A DNA stretch of 64,000 nucleotides from Macrostomum lignano (lineage: Eukaryota): assembly GCA_002269645.1 (NCBI GenBank), contig NIVC01000512.1:203967-267966 (forward strand), given 5' to 3'. Every line of letters begins with the position of its first letter. The first letter of the stretch is position 1. The position numbers and the translations under genes were made by a program. The notes beneath the pieces were generated by a model. It was not told where the DNA came from and made no database searches. It saw only the letters and a list, made by a program, of their open reading frames with translations. This document shows positions 11,305-23,900 of the stretch, piece by piece.

Positions 11305-13223
11305 TGATGAGGACGCAATTTTTTCCAAATTTCACGCTCGCACATGGGGTTCCAAACTTGCTAGCCTACTAACAGCAAGCTATGGGCGTTTTTCTCCCTC
11401 TTTTGCAATTTTTCTAGAATTCATACTAGAGTAGGACTTCTGTAGCTATATTAATCTGCCATACTTGTAGTAATAATAAACATAGGCGCAGTTTTTTGCT
11501 GCTTTTGGGTCATAAATCATTGCGTCTGAGCTGGTCTGACAGCCACCTGCGCCTCACTCAATGCTGAGGCTGGCGCCAGATGGTCTGAGAGGATGCGGGT
11601 GGTGGCTTTTTTCTCATCATTTTGACAGGCCATCAAGATTTGAGGTTAGGGCCTATTGTTCGTGTTCACTCAAGCGTGTGACAGCTTTGACAGCTATGCG
11701 TTTTACCCCTAAAAGTACTTTGGGATTAGCGATTAACGATTTCTCTTCATCATCTTCACTTTCTACTTAATAAGAGCTTTCTAATGTATATTTTTTCATT
11801 AATTTTTGTCATTCCTACGCGAAAGGTCATAAATCATTATGTAGCGATTATGAGTGATTTATGACTACACCTGTCGTATTTTTATGGCCCCGAGGGAACT
11901 GATAGGATCTCTTGGTCACGTGAGTTAGGGTGGCAACAAGATCAGCCAATCAGAAAATTCGACGTGCGTTATAACAAATCGGCTCAGACAATCAGAATCG
12001 AGGTGTTCCATTATAACAAATTGCGGTCCAGTTGGCGGCTATATAAACCGGGGTTTTTGGCCCGCTCGGACCCGACCCCCTCGTGCCCTCTCTGGAACTC
12101 CCTGCTCCGTTTCCAGGGACTTTGGCCTAACTTAGACCTCCCAGAGCTCGACCGTCGTCTCTTGATCCCCGGATCGCGACTCCCCCCCCCCCATCATCAT
12201 CAAGGACGAATCCCCCCGGTCGTCAGCAGCGAACATCAAGATTAAGAACAACACCTGCTAGCTATCTGCGAAGATTGTGACATCAGCATCATCCCGGGCC
12301 TACAGCTGCGAAGCACTAAGCCGATTCGGTCACTGTGGATTACCTGGTCTTCGGCTGTTGAGTTTCTGATTGGTTGGGTGAGAGACTACCTAGACTTGCT
12401 TGAATGGGTGATTCCTTATCAGTCCCCTATTTCAGTAGCTGGATTAGGCGCACATTTTTGCTCATTTTGTTCGGTAGTGCTGTTATTGAGGCAGAAATCA
12501 TTCAATAATACTGCTAGTAGTCTGATTGCTCCAATTCAGTCTGAAGTGAGAAGTTATTCAGTGAGAAGGTTAAATCTGAAAGTTATTTTTATCGGTTTGT
12601 TTTTTTTTTGTTCGCCGATGGCTCAAATGAGTAGCTAAGCTAGTAGGCGCCGGTCACAGTGAACCAATGGCAAGGCGGTTCTCAGTCGATCAATCTATCA
12701 AATCAGTTAGCGAAATTTTCAATAGTGCAAAATCGGTGCTAGAGATGTTCTTCTGTGCACTCTAGATTCGCCCAGCGGCTCGGGTGGGGAATCACGCGGT
12801 CTCTGAAGTTCGAGTTAGTCTATCATCAGAGCTACGAGAGGCTGGTTGGCGCGTTGAAGGCCGAAAATACAAATAATTCGTATTTAGCTATGTACAAATT
12901 TGTAATAGTATACATGTAGCTACCGCCATAGGCTCGCCACTGCAAGAATCCCCTGAACAAGTCCCCTCTGTACCTGCACGCACAGGCTGGTGGCAGCGGG
13001 TTAGTTAATCTGCGGATAGCTGATCTCTACCTTCAAAATTCTCCCTGCTTGTCTCTCGCTGTCCCTCTCTTAGCTATAGGACCTAGACTGCTCGCCACAA
13101 GATCAAGCTACCATGGGGCTGACCATCTGACAGGAGTGGGGGGCCAGGACTCTAATTTATTTATTTCTGAGACCTGAGGCCCAAAGGCTTCCCGAAAGGG
13201 GCCGAAAAGGCTGAAACCCATCA
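11305..13223 (+). mobile_element. Solo LTR, copy B (~1.92 kb)
   Basis: TGATG...CATCA inverted termini; exact 4-bp TSD AATG (11301-11304 / 13224-13227); homologous to 5166-7036. Confidence 0.8.
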
Positions 13224-14255
13224 AATGAGTGTTAATTTGTACTCGTATACTTGTATTACAGAACGTTCTATAGCCGAGCGTCTTACTACACGAGCTATAT
13301 AAGAGAGTTGGCTTTCTTATTTTGTTCCGCAGAGCTACTTTATAAACTTACTGCGGTGGCTCACGTGCATAAGGCACTGAGCCCACACACATCAGTTTTC
13401 ACGCACATCATTTTGAATGTCTGTAGAAAGCGTTTATACGATTATATTGCTGAGCAGATTAATACAGCACGAGTATTATTGCATTTCAAATAAAATAAGC
13501 TATAGGTATGCATCATTAATAAAACATATAATACTGTAGTATCTAAGACGAAATCATCCAAGTTCGAATCCAGACGAGACGTACAACAGTAGTCGACCAT
13601 GCTATGCAGGTACGTGTACACGTTACATTTAAGGCCGATGTAAGTTTCTGCTCAACTTTAGTAATGTTATTTTTTTTAATTTACAAAGATACTTACTTCT
13701 CGCGTTATCTTAACAAAATCACCTAACTTAGTTAATTTGGCAGCTCATTGACGGGTTGAGCAGACGATCCTTACGAACGTTCAATAGGACGAATTTACAA
13801 ACTATATAGGCAATTAACGTCCCTCTAATACTCTAATTTACTGCTATATTGTGCATGATCCTTGTATCCAACTTGTCATTTTTGTAATATCAATGATTGC
13901 TAGTCAGTTCTGCCTCAGTAAGCTAAATTAAATTATTATCAAGACTATTATTCCGTCCATAGTTTACAATAGACAAAAGTCTGCTCGGACGAAAATTAAC
14001 GAATATCAAGGGTTTTGAGAGTAGCAAATTTTCGTGTCTTGAAAATTTTTATAAGACGCATAAGCAATGGAAAACTTTACAATAATTTTACAACACTTGT
14101 TCAATTTTACTACTTGCTATTTTGCTTTACCCGTCACCGAAATAAAGAAGTAAAATTTAAAATTTATGCCTTTAGTACCTTATTACTACGGACCATAAAT
14201 TTAATTCACAATACTCAAAAGTTCGCAAATTTACAATAAGGAACCTTGAAATAAA

Positions 14256-17200
14256 ATGCGAGAAAACAACTCTCCTTTTTGTCTAGAGATCAGAACCCCA
14301 AAAGGAAGATTTGAGTTTGATGCAGCTCCAGACAGTACAATAAGCGAGGTAATGCAAGTTTAAAAAGTGAAGCAAAAATTTCGTGATTTTGAGCTGTTAT
14401 TGTATTTAGTTTAATTACTAAATTTCAACTAGTGCCACTTTTTCTACTGCAATTGAAAGCACCAATATTTAATCCTTTCCTGGGTATCTTGTATTTCAAG
14501 GGGCTCGTGCATTTTAACTTTTTAATTTTTTTTCAGAAATATATGTGCCCACTATGTTAAGTTGAGTGGTCTTTTTTGTTAAATTTTTGTTAAAGAAATA
14601 TTATTGCAGCTTAATAATAGAAATTCATTTTACTCATTCTACAAACCATTTTTCTTTGTTTTTTTCTACAACAATGCTATTTTAACTTTACTTGGACATC
14701 AGACAACCTCTATATAACTTTTTTTTCTAGACAAAAAGTCACTACTTGAAAAGTTTGAAAACAAAAACATCAAGAGAATGTAAGATGTAAGGAAATCAAT
14801 TTTTAGTTATTGCTGATGTGTTGATTCTTATTATTCTAGCCATATTTATTGCATTATTATCTATTACTGTAATTTCTTTTATAATTTCTAATATTAACTG
14901 TTTCTATAGTCTATGGTAATTACGAGTGTAAATGGTCTTTTAAAGCATTAAAAATTTTTTTAGGATCAATAACCGTTTTTAGTGTTACTTTTTAACCTGG
15001 ATTTTACCACACAAGCACACATTTTTTTGGTCAAAATGTGATCAAACGCAGAAAACATAGAGTCTCATACACTTCATTTGCATCGAAAAGTACATATTAA
15101 TTGTCCTTAAGAATACTAAAGTACTCCAATTTGTTCTAAACTCGGCCAGCTGAGGGCTCGCATTGCCGAGAAGATGGAGACCGATCCCGGCCGCGTCCAG
15201 CTCCTCGCCGGCGGCAAGACCGCTCCCGCGGACGGCTCCCTGGCTGAGTTCCTGACGCCGTCGCCTGCGCTGTCAGCCTCTGCGCAGCCGGGCATGGGCC
15301 TCAACAACTATCGCATCTACGCCATCTGCGACAGGCCGCCGCCCAAGCAGCCCGAGACGCCGGAGGCTGCGGAAAAGTCGGCCAAAGCTCGTGAAGAAGT
15401 TCTGGACCTGATGCCCAGCCACATTCGCGAGGACCTGGACTCCGGCAGCACCAGATTCGTCGACATGGTCGCCTCCTGGCAACACCGGATGCTGGAAAAC
15501 CCCGAGAACACCCGACTGCAGCTGCAGTCGCGAGAGACGCGCGACCTGCTGGCCTGCATGCGGTCGCCCAAGCCGCCGACACCCGCGCCGCATGGCCAGG
15601 CGCCGCCAATTGGCCTGATAGGCTCCGACGCACTCATTGGCGAGCCGCAGGTTTGCCGATTATCGAATGCGTATTTAGCTTTAGCTTATTCTCTTTGTAA
15701 TTGTTTGGGGACAGAGCAGCTCAGCGGTAACCGTGTCTGACTCTCGCGCCCAGGACCCCTGGTTCGATTCTGTGCCAAGGACTACTAGACTTCGGCTTTT
15801 AACTATTTTTACACAAATCGAGAGTGTAACGTCCTTCTATAACGAAGTGTTCCTAGTGGTCCTTGTTTCGTTCACGGCCACATTCATTTGGAGCTTTTGC
15901 ATGAAAATTTGCCGAGGGTTGTCGTACGATTCACACCTATGAGGTCCGCGAACTCTCAAGGCACGGAGAGTGTACATGCCTGACTATTAGAAAGTCAGGA
16001 CCGCTGTACAACCCTGTGAGAGCGCGGTGTATGAGTGCGTGCCAGTCTACAGTGTTGGGACGCTTGTATACGCCTGTGTACAGTACGTTTACACAGTACA
16101 GTACCTGTGTATGCTTGCGTACGTTCCTGTGTACAGTATTAGCCCTTATGGGTGTGAATCAAACGAGGGATCGTAACGTTTGAATCGGACACGTTTACCG
16201 CAGAGCTACTGTGCCCCTGTAGTCTAGGAGTACCTTTAAATCATGGCTTTTAAATTAAGACTTTTGCATTGGCCAACTTGTGAATGATTTACTCATTGGT
16301 AAGTACATTTTTACCTTATCTTACCTTAATTTCTTCCCAGAGCAACAAACAACTGCAGGAGCTCCTGAGCAAGCAGCAGCAACAGCTGAATAGCTCAAAC
16401 CAGGTGGCTAACATCCATCAGGACATCAAATTCTACCAGCGGATGATGCAGGAATCAATGCGTATGCCGCCGCCGCCACCGCCGCCGCCCCCGCAGCCTA
16501 CAAGAGGCCCGTCTGTGCAGTCAAAGCCCACAACGCATGGGACGCCAGTAGGGGAGCAGCAGCGGCCAGGAGGCGTATCGGACCGCAGCGACTCGCAGCT
16601 GTCGAATGTTAAAAACCAGCGCGCCGTGGAAGCTTACAAGCAGGCCAAAGAAAACTTACAACTGCTGCAGCAGGAGGCGCCGGAGCTGCTGCCTGCCTTG
16701 ATGCAAGAGTCTGGCCTCGGCAACAACTTGGCTCTGGCAACGACAAGTCAGCAGCCCAATCCGGAACCGCGTCAACAGGAGCAGGTTTGAGGCTTTTGTG
16801 GTTATCACAACTTTTAGCGACATCGAGGAGACATTAAGAATGTCCATAGTTACACGCTGACCCTATGGGCACACATGGATAACAAGGACTACTTGAAGGA
16901 CATGACACTCACGAATCGTGGAAAATAGTTGAATGTCGATAATTTAAATGCCTGTATCTTCAGATCGGTTGCATCAGTACAGAAGTTTACTTTTTTATCA
17001 GATTGTTCAACATTTTGTCTTCTTTTAAGTGAAGCAGAAATTTAGTTTCCCACTAATATGGAGGTGCAAGAAAAATGCTTGTACAATGAAGGCACCCTAT
17101 ATATTTTGGTGCGTTTCACGATTAAAATACTCAAAGTAGAACTTGTCCGCCGCAATATACGTTCGCTGCCATCTGTCTGTAGCACAAACTAAGGCGCTGA

Positions 17201-18093
17201 CTCTTACCATTCTATCCCATGCAATCTGTGATAAGAGTGTCTCCAGTGCATTATTTGAAGAAGGCACCCAGACAAGTTTCGAATGAAGAAGTGCATCGGG
17301 GCAGGAGAAACAATTGCTTGAGGTCAGCATGAATCGCGTGACTGCATCGAATGCATTCGTGTCTTCAGCTTCAGAATTTTGTTAGTTTTGTTTAACTCTT
17401 TCATTCTTGTGAATTTTCCCTTCAACTCATGCGGTTGATGTTGATAAGTGCCTCTGCAAGGTGGCAAAATGATGAAGAAATGAATAATTGAGAATCTTGA
17501 GTTTTACCTCCTACTCGTATATCTAGTGGTCCTTGATGGATATATACATGTACTCAGGAACACACTCATGCAGGGTATAACATCTGCTCTAAATTGCGCA
17601 TGGCTTCAAGGATCGGTTCGCATGAGCGTAAATAATCTCAAAAGCTCCAAGCCAGAGTTCATGCTGATTGCTGAACCTTATAGTAAATTTGCGAGGTTCG
17701 GACGCATTGCCGCTCCGTCGGGGAGAGCTCTTGCCCCCGAAGTACGGTATCAAGAATAACTATTATATCCTCATTTTCGCGCCATCCTTCAAGTCTCTGA
17801 TGACGTGCCACCCGCAACCTATCCTACATTCTCAGGCGGCAATTCGGCGGCAGAATCAGTCGGGAGGCAACCCGCTGGACCAAATGCCTGAACTTTTCGA
17901 GCAGTTTATGAAAAGTCTCGGCGGAGGTCTCGGCGGAGGTCTTGGCGATGAAGGTTCAGATTACTCCCATTTGGTTCCCCAGCTCAGGGACATGGGCTTC
18001 ACGGATGACACGGCCAGCCTGCTGGCCCTGCAAGTCACCAACGGAGATTTGAACGCCGCTGTGGAAATCCTGAGCCAGCAAGGGGAGAGCTGA
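14256..18093 (+). CDS. UBL-UBA ubiquitin shuttle protein (ubiquilin/UBL7-like), ~431 aa, 4 exons
   Basis: Exons 14256-14348, 15150-15650, 16341-16784 and 17836-18093, all phase 0 with GT-AG. N-terminal UBL (EIRTPKGRFEF..STISE/LRARIAEK..VQLLAGGK); C-terminal UBA (QLRDMGFTDD..LALQVTNGDLNAAVEIL). Confidence 0.85.
15707..16200 (+). mobile_element. tRNA-derived SINE-like element, copy 1 (intron 2 of the UBL-UBA gene)
   Basis: A-box-like AGCTCAGCGG and B-box GGTTCGATTC in the head; body shared with 21127-21660; internal inverted repeat near 15927 and 16142; 3' boundary approximate. Confidence 0.65.
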
Positions 18094-20029
18094 CCCTAAC
18101 TGTGTGTGTGCACTGTACAGCTTTGTCTCGAAAATTCATTAAGAGTCCGACAAGTGTTTATTCACGATTTGTCCTGATTACTGTAAACTACATGGAACGA
18201 AAATCAATTGTTATTTCAAGAATTTAAAAATATTTTTACGATTTTTATTTAAAAAATTTAAAGTAAATTCACAACAAAAATCTTTTTAAACAGTTTAAAA
18301 GCATATGTCTTTGTTCTTATATCATGACTATATAATTCACAAAATAAGAAGTTTATGCTAGTCTACCACAATGTGATGTATGTAGAACAAGGGAAATGGC
18401 TGCGTACTGTGCTTATATTTATCTACGTACGAGGTTTAGCCATATTTTCTGTTGGCCTATATAAGTGAGATCGAGAATAATTCGGTTCATTTGTGGGCTT
18501 TTTCTGCCAATTAATTGTGTAGCACACAGCCATGATAGGCAGAAAATGAGTAAAGTAAACTAGCAATCTTCGCCCCCCGATGGGGGACATCTGGATAGAA
18601 TCGTCTTGCGATAGGCTGCTAAAAGCGTGTATAAATTTCTATATACCTAAATGTATAGTCTTACATCTTCATTACACATGTACATGTACGTGTCTGTAAA
18701 ATTGCCAAAATTAACTTTCGATCATGTAGGCTATTATTGAAGCGGCTTACGCTTCAAATATGTTTATCTTTTCAGTTGCATAGCGCTAAATGGGGTTTTA
18801 CCATAGAAAAATTCGGTTAAGATAGCAGTAAAATGGTCTAAAAATACGACTTTAGATAAGAGCTATACTGGAATTTCGCCGTAACTTTGTTTGCTTGCCG
18901 GTCTGCCGCGGTAGCATATTGATGAAAAATAAAATTGTGGGTGCATCTCAAATAGAAGAAATACATACATGCAGAGTTATTACGCAATAGCGCGCAATAC
19001 ATGTAGCTGCGGCTGAGTGGTCGGTTGCACATTACCCATCAAGGGCAGGTGTAATCAGTTTATTATTATCCTAAATTTAAATCCTAAGTTACATGTACCT
19101 TAACTGAAGCCATAGCTTCCTTTAAACTTCAATATAGCTATGCTTACATTCTCAGTCCTCTGCAGAGTCCCCTTCGTGTGACCACGTTGACTAAACAAAA
19201 TTAACCCGTACAGACAACGCTTTAAAGCACGAATTAGAATGCAAGAAATTCTAAGAAACTGTCATTTTGGAAATGGAATGTAATTTTAGACGAGTCACAT
19301 TTCTAAGACGAGTCACATAAATCAAACTCTACTCTAGCAAACCATTTCAGCCGTGGTTCTTGGTTTCTTTATCTTGGTTTATTGTATCTTTTATTTATGT
19401 GTGCAGTCAGGTAAAGATTAAGAATCTTCCATAGACCATGTTTCGCCGTTTCGGTATTATATTTATTTTTCTTTAAATGTGCGTCTAAGTAGTTAAAAAT
19501 ATATACATAGGATAAGGTGTATTTTTATTGAAAAGCCTAGTTGAAAACTGCCCTAGGCCCTATGAATGATTTTGTTTATAAGCAAAGCTTCAAGCCTTAA
19601 TTGCAACCATGTTTTTGACTTTGACTTTTTGACTGGATCTCTAAGAAGGAAGATTCTAATATTTTACGCTTTTTAGAAGTAGCTTATTATTGAATATCAT
19701 TCTTTTTATTTTTAAGTATGCATTATTTCTTTTGTTAAACAATTTATACTTTTGCTCTTGCTAGATATCAAGTATAAATTTGTAGTCTTATGCTATATTA
19801 AATTATTATAAGAATTTAGTCTGTTAAGAGGCTATTAGCATATATATAAAATATAAATATTTGTCAAAAATTAATGCTATTGCAATCATAAGTACAATAA
19901 GGGCATCAGTGCATTATTTGTGAGTTCTTTATACTATTCTAATAAGGTTCTATAGACCTAGTTTTAGCTCCTAGACATGCTTGTGGTTTTTGCTATTAGT
20001 TATAGTCTACCTCTATTTTTCTTTTTCTT

Positions 20030-20177
20030 TCTTTTCCTTTTTCTTTCTTTCTTGTTCTTTCTCTCTCTGTCTCTCTCTCTCTCTCTTTCTCTCTCTTTTT
20101 CTCTCTCTCCCCGACTCCTAGTCTCTCTCTTTCTCTCTCTCTCTTTCTCTCTCTCTCTCTTTCTCTCTCTCTCTTTC

Positions 20178-20240
<63 letters not shown>
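20030..20240. repeat. (CT)n microsatellite
   Basis: Seen directly. Confidence 0.97.
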
Positions 20241-20245
<5 letters not shown>

Positions 20246-20965
20246 TCTGCACTATATCTTTAGACTGCTTAAGGTTTTGCATATCAGAGCTGAAATCGTT
20301 TCTAAGAAAATTAAATAAAATAAACAATTTTAAAACTAGACTCTCAAAATTTTGACTTGAAATTTTTTCAAAATCAAAATTTGATTTGAAAATTTAAAAA
20401 TTTGGGAAATCAAAATCCTAATTAAAATTTCAGAACATCTCTACTAGAATAGTAGTGCCACTATATGCCATATGTGAGCATGTGGAGTGACTGCATGCAG
20501 TATCTAAAAACTTGTGTGCCCAAGAGTTAGTACAATGGGTGGAATTGTCTCACCATTGGAATGACATTGCTGAAGGCATTGAGCCAAGGTGCCCACAGCC
20601 CTCCTATAAATATTTATTATATAAAGTACTTAATGTAGGGATATTAGGTGTTTAATAAAAGACTCCATATTATAAATTAATTAATTATCTATTAATTAAT
20701 TAATTAATTAATTAATTAATTTCAATATAACTAAATGCACTTCATTGGGAATGATGAAATTCTATTTTGGGTTTTTATCTTTTCTGGATGGTTATCTTGG
20801 AAGTATAAAATAAATGCTTTGTTTATACCTTCAGGTGCATGAGCCAGTGCAGTAGGGTAACTAAATTGCAGTTACATTTCCAAGTATAGATTTGTTCTTT
20901 AAGTAACAATTGAGTCATTATGCAACTATTTTTAAGCTTTGACAGTCATTCGCTTTGAGTCAGCA

Positions 20966-23900
20966 ATGGCCAGCAATATCGAAGCAATTCCTCTGGATGA
21001 CATCGGTAGCCTGATTGTGCAGCCATCTGGCGGAATGCAGGTGGTCAGAAACCTGCCATCAAGCAAGATGCGTAAGTATGCTCGCGTATTAATATTGTTG
21101 CCACAATTAATCAATTGTGGTTTCAAGGGGAGGGGGAAGTGCAGCCTGGCGGTGAATGTGCCTGACTCTCAATCTGTGACCCCTGGTTCGATTCCATGTT
21201 CGGCCACATTTATTTGGGGCTTGTGTGTGAGGTTGTGTAAATTGTAATTTACACCCATGAGGGCCAACGCCCAATGCACAGAGTGTGTACATGCCTGAGA
21301 GTGTACATGCCTGAGAGTGTACATGCCTGAGAGTGTACATGCCTGAGAGTGTACATGCCTGAGAGTGTACATGCCTGAGAGTGTACATGCCTGAGAGTGT
21401 ACATACCTGAGAGTGTACATGCCTGAGAGTGTACATGCCTGAGAGTGTAAATACCTGAGAGTGTACATGCCTGAGAGTGTACATACCTGAGAGTGTACAT
21501 GCCTGAGAGTGTACATGCTTGAGAGTGTACATGCCTGAGAGTGTACATGCCTGACGATTAGAAAGTCAGGGCCGCTGTACACCCTGTGTGAGCGTGTGTA
21601 TGATTGCGCGCCTGAGTACAGTATTGGCGCGCTTGTATGTGCTCAGGAGTCAGCGTAATGGGCAGAATTGCCTCAGCGCTTGCAAATATCTGTTTCAACG
21701 CACTTAACTGAACAAAAAAATTCCACGCTTACAGACTGGCTCAGTGTGGAGTCTCTGTCTGACAGAGTTCGGAATCTTCGAACCGAGTCGGCTTCGCAGA
21801 GCAGCTTGAACGCTGCTGCTGCTTCGCCTACTGCCGGCGCCGCTGAGAGTAGCAATGATGAAGGCCTTGGAGATGCTTTAACAGGTGCCACAGAGCAGCA
21901 AACCTACATGACTGCATAGTGAGTGAACGGATTAAATAAATGAATATCGTAGGAATCCGGCTTGTTTGATAAGTCTGTGGCATCGCTTAGGGTTGTGATT
22001 GGCTGAGAAGTCTGTAGCCAACTGTAGGGGTTGTGATTGGCTGAGAAGTCTGTAGCCAACTTCAGGGGTTGTGATTGGCTGAGAAGTCTGTAGCCAACTT
22101 CAGGGGTTGTGATTGTCTGAGAAGTCTGTAGCCAACTTCAGGGGTTGTGATTGTCTGAGAAGTCTGTAGCCAACTTCAGGGGTTGTGATTGGCTGAGAAG
22201 TCTGTAGCCAACTTCAGGGGTTGTGATTGGCTGAGAAGTCTGTAGCCAACTGCAGGGGTTGTGATTGGCTGAGAAGTCTGTAGCCAACTTCAGGGGTTGT
22301 GATTGGCTGAGAAGTCTGTAGCCAACTTCAGGGGTTGTGATTGGCTGAGAAGTCTGTAGCCAACTTCAGGGGTTGTGATTGTCTGAGAAGTCTGTAGCCA
22401 ACTTCAGGGGTTGTGATTGGCTGAGAAGTCTGTAGCCAACTTCAGGGGTTGTGATTGGCTGAGAAGTCTGTAGCCAACTTCAGGGGTTGTGATTGTCTGA
22501 GAAGTCTGTAGCCAACTTCAGGGGTTGTGATTGTCTGAGAAGTCTGTAGCCAACTTCAGGGGTTGTGATTGGCTGAGAAGTCTGTAGCCAACTTCAGGGG
22601 TTGTGATTGGCTGAGAAGTCTGTAGCCAACTGCAGGGGTTGTGATTGGCTGAGAAGTCTGTAGCCAACTTCAGGGGTTGTGATTGGCTGAGAAGTCTGTA
22701 GCCAACTTCAGGGGTTGTGATTGGCTGAGAAGTCTGTAGCCAACTTCAGGGGTTGTGATTGTCTGAGAAGTCTGTAGCCAACTTCAGGGGTTGTGATTGG
22801 CTGAGAAGTCTGTAGCCAACTGCAGGGGTTGTGATTGGCTGAGAAGTCTGTAGCCAACTTCAGGGGTTGTGATTGGCTGAGAAGTCTGTAGCCAACTGCA
22901 GGGGTTGTGATTGGCTGAGAAGTCTGTAGCCAACTGCAGGGGTTGTGATTGGCTGAGAAGCCTGTAGCCAACTGCAGGGGTTGTGATTGGCTGAGAAGTC
23001 TGTAGCCAACTGCAGGGGTTATGATTTGCTGAGAAGTAAGGTGTGTAGCAAGTTGGGCACATGCCAACTGAGGATTTAAAATGTCTTCTTCCCCTTGCGC
23101 AGTCGCGGCTCAGCGCTCAAAGCCAGTCGCAAGAGGCAGGCAGTTAGAGCTCAGCGACTGCAGGCCCAGGAGGATGAGACGGGCCAGCAGAAGCCACTAA
23201 CTCAGCGCACTAACTGCGCTTTCAAACTGGTCCGCTCAATCTATCACGGCCTCGTGCGCGCGTACGACCTGGTGACCGGGTTCGGCTCGGCCATAGACGA
23301 TAGCGTAGCCGCCGACTATGGCACAGGTGAGACAAAGCTTTAAGATTGACGGTTCAGTGCACTAGGTGTGCGCCGATGATAAGCACAGCTCCGTCTTATT
23401 CTGTGTTGCCTTACAGGTGTGGGCGCATTCTTTACGATCTACCGCCAGCTGGCCATGGCAACGGTGCTGTCAGCCATGTCAATCTTTTTCTTTCTGGTGT
23501 TTCCCCAGCTCAGGCCCAAAGGCTTTGGTCGGTCAGCTTACGCTGTTAATAATGCCACTGTAGCTGACGCTGTGCTGGGCAGGGTGAGTCGATTTCAATG
23601 TTGGATGGAGGAGGTTGGAAGCGAGGAGTGTGACGGAAGGAATATAGATAAGTGGGGAGTGTGACGGAGGGAATATAGATAAGTGGGGAGTGTGACGGAG
23701 GGAATATAGATAAGTGGGGTGGGTGACGGAGGGAATATAGATAAGTGGGGTGGGTGACGGAAGGAATATAGATAAGTGGGGAGTGTGACGGAGGGAATAT
23801 AGATAAGTGGGGAGTGTGACGGAGGGAATATAGATAAGTGGGGTGGGTGACGGAGGGAATATAGATAAGTGGGGTTGGTGACAGAAGGAATATAGATAAG

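Noticed and set aside
5166-13223. Full LTR retrotransposon that captured a GPCR between two LTRs
   Set aside because: Copy B has its own 4-bp TSD, the outer flanks (GCGT vs AATG) do not match, the copies differ by many indels, and no gag/pol or PBS is evident between them
15707-15780. Functional tRNA gene (also 21127-21200)
   Set aside because: A and B boxes are present but no complete cloverleaf; both are attached to a shared non-tRNA body, so they are treated as SINE heads
20670-20725. Self-complementary (TAAT)n tract upstream of TMC as a cruciform regulator
   Set aside because: A simple AT microsatellite is palindromic by nature; nothing indicates function
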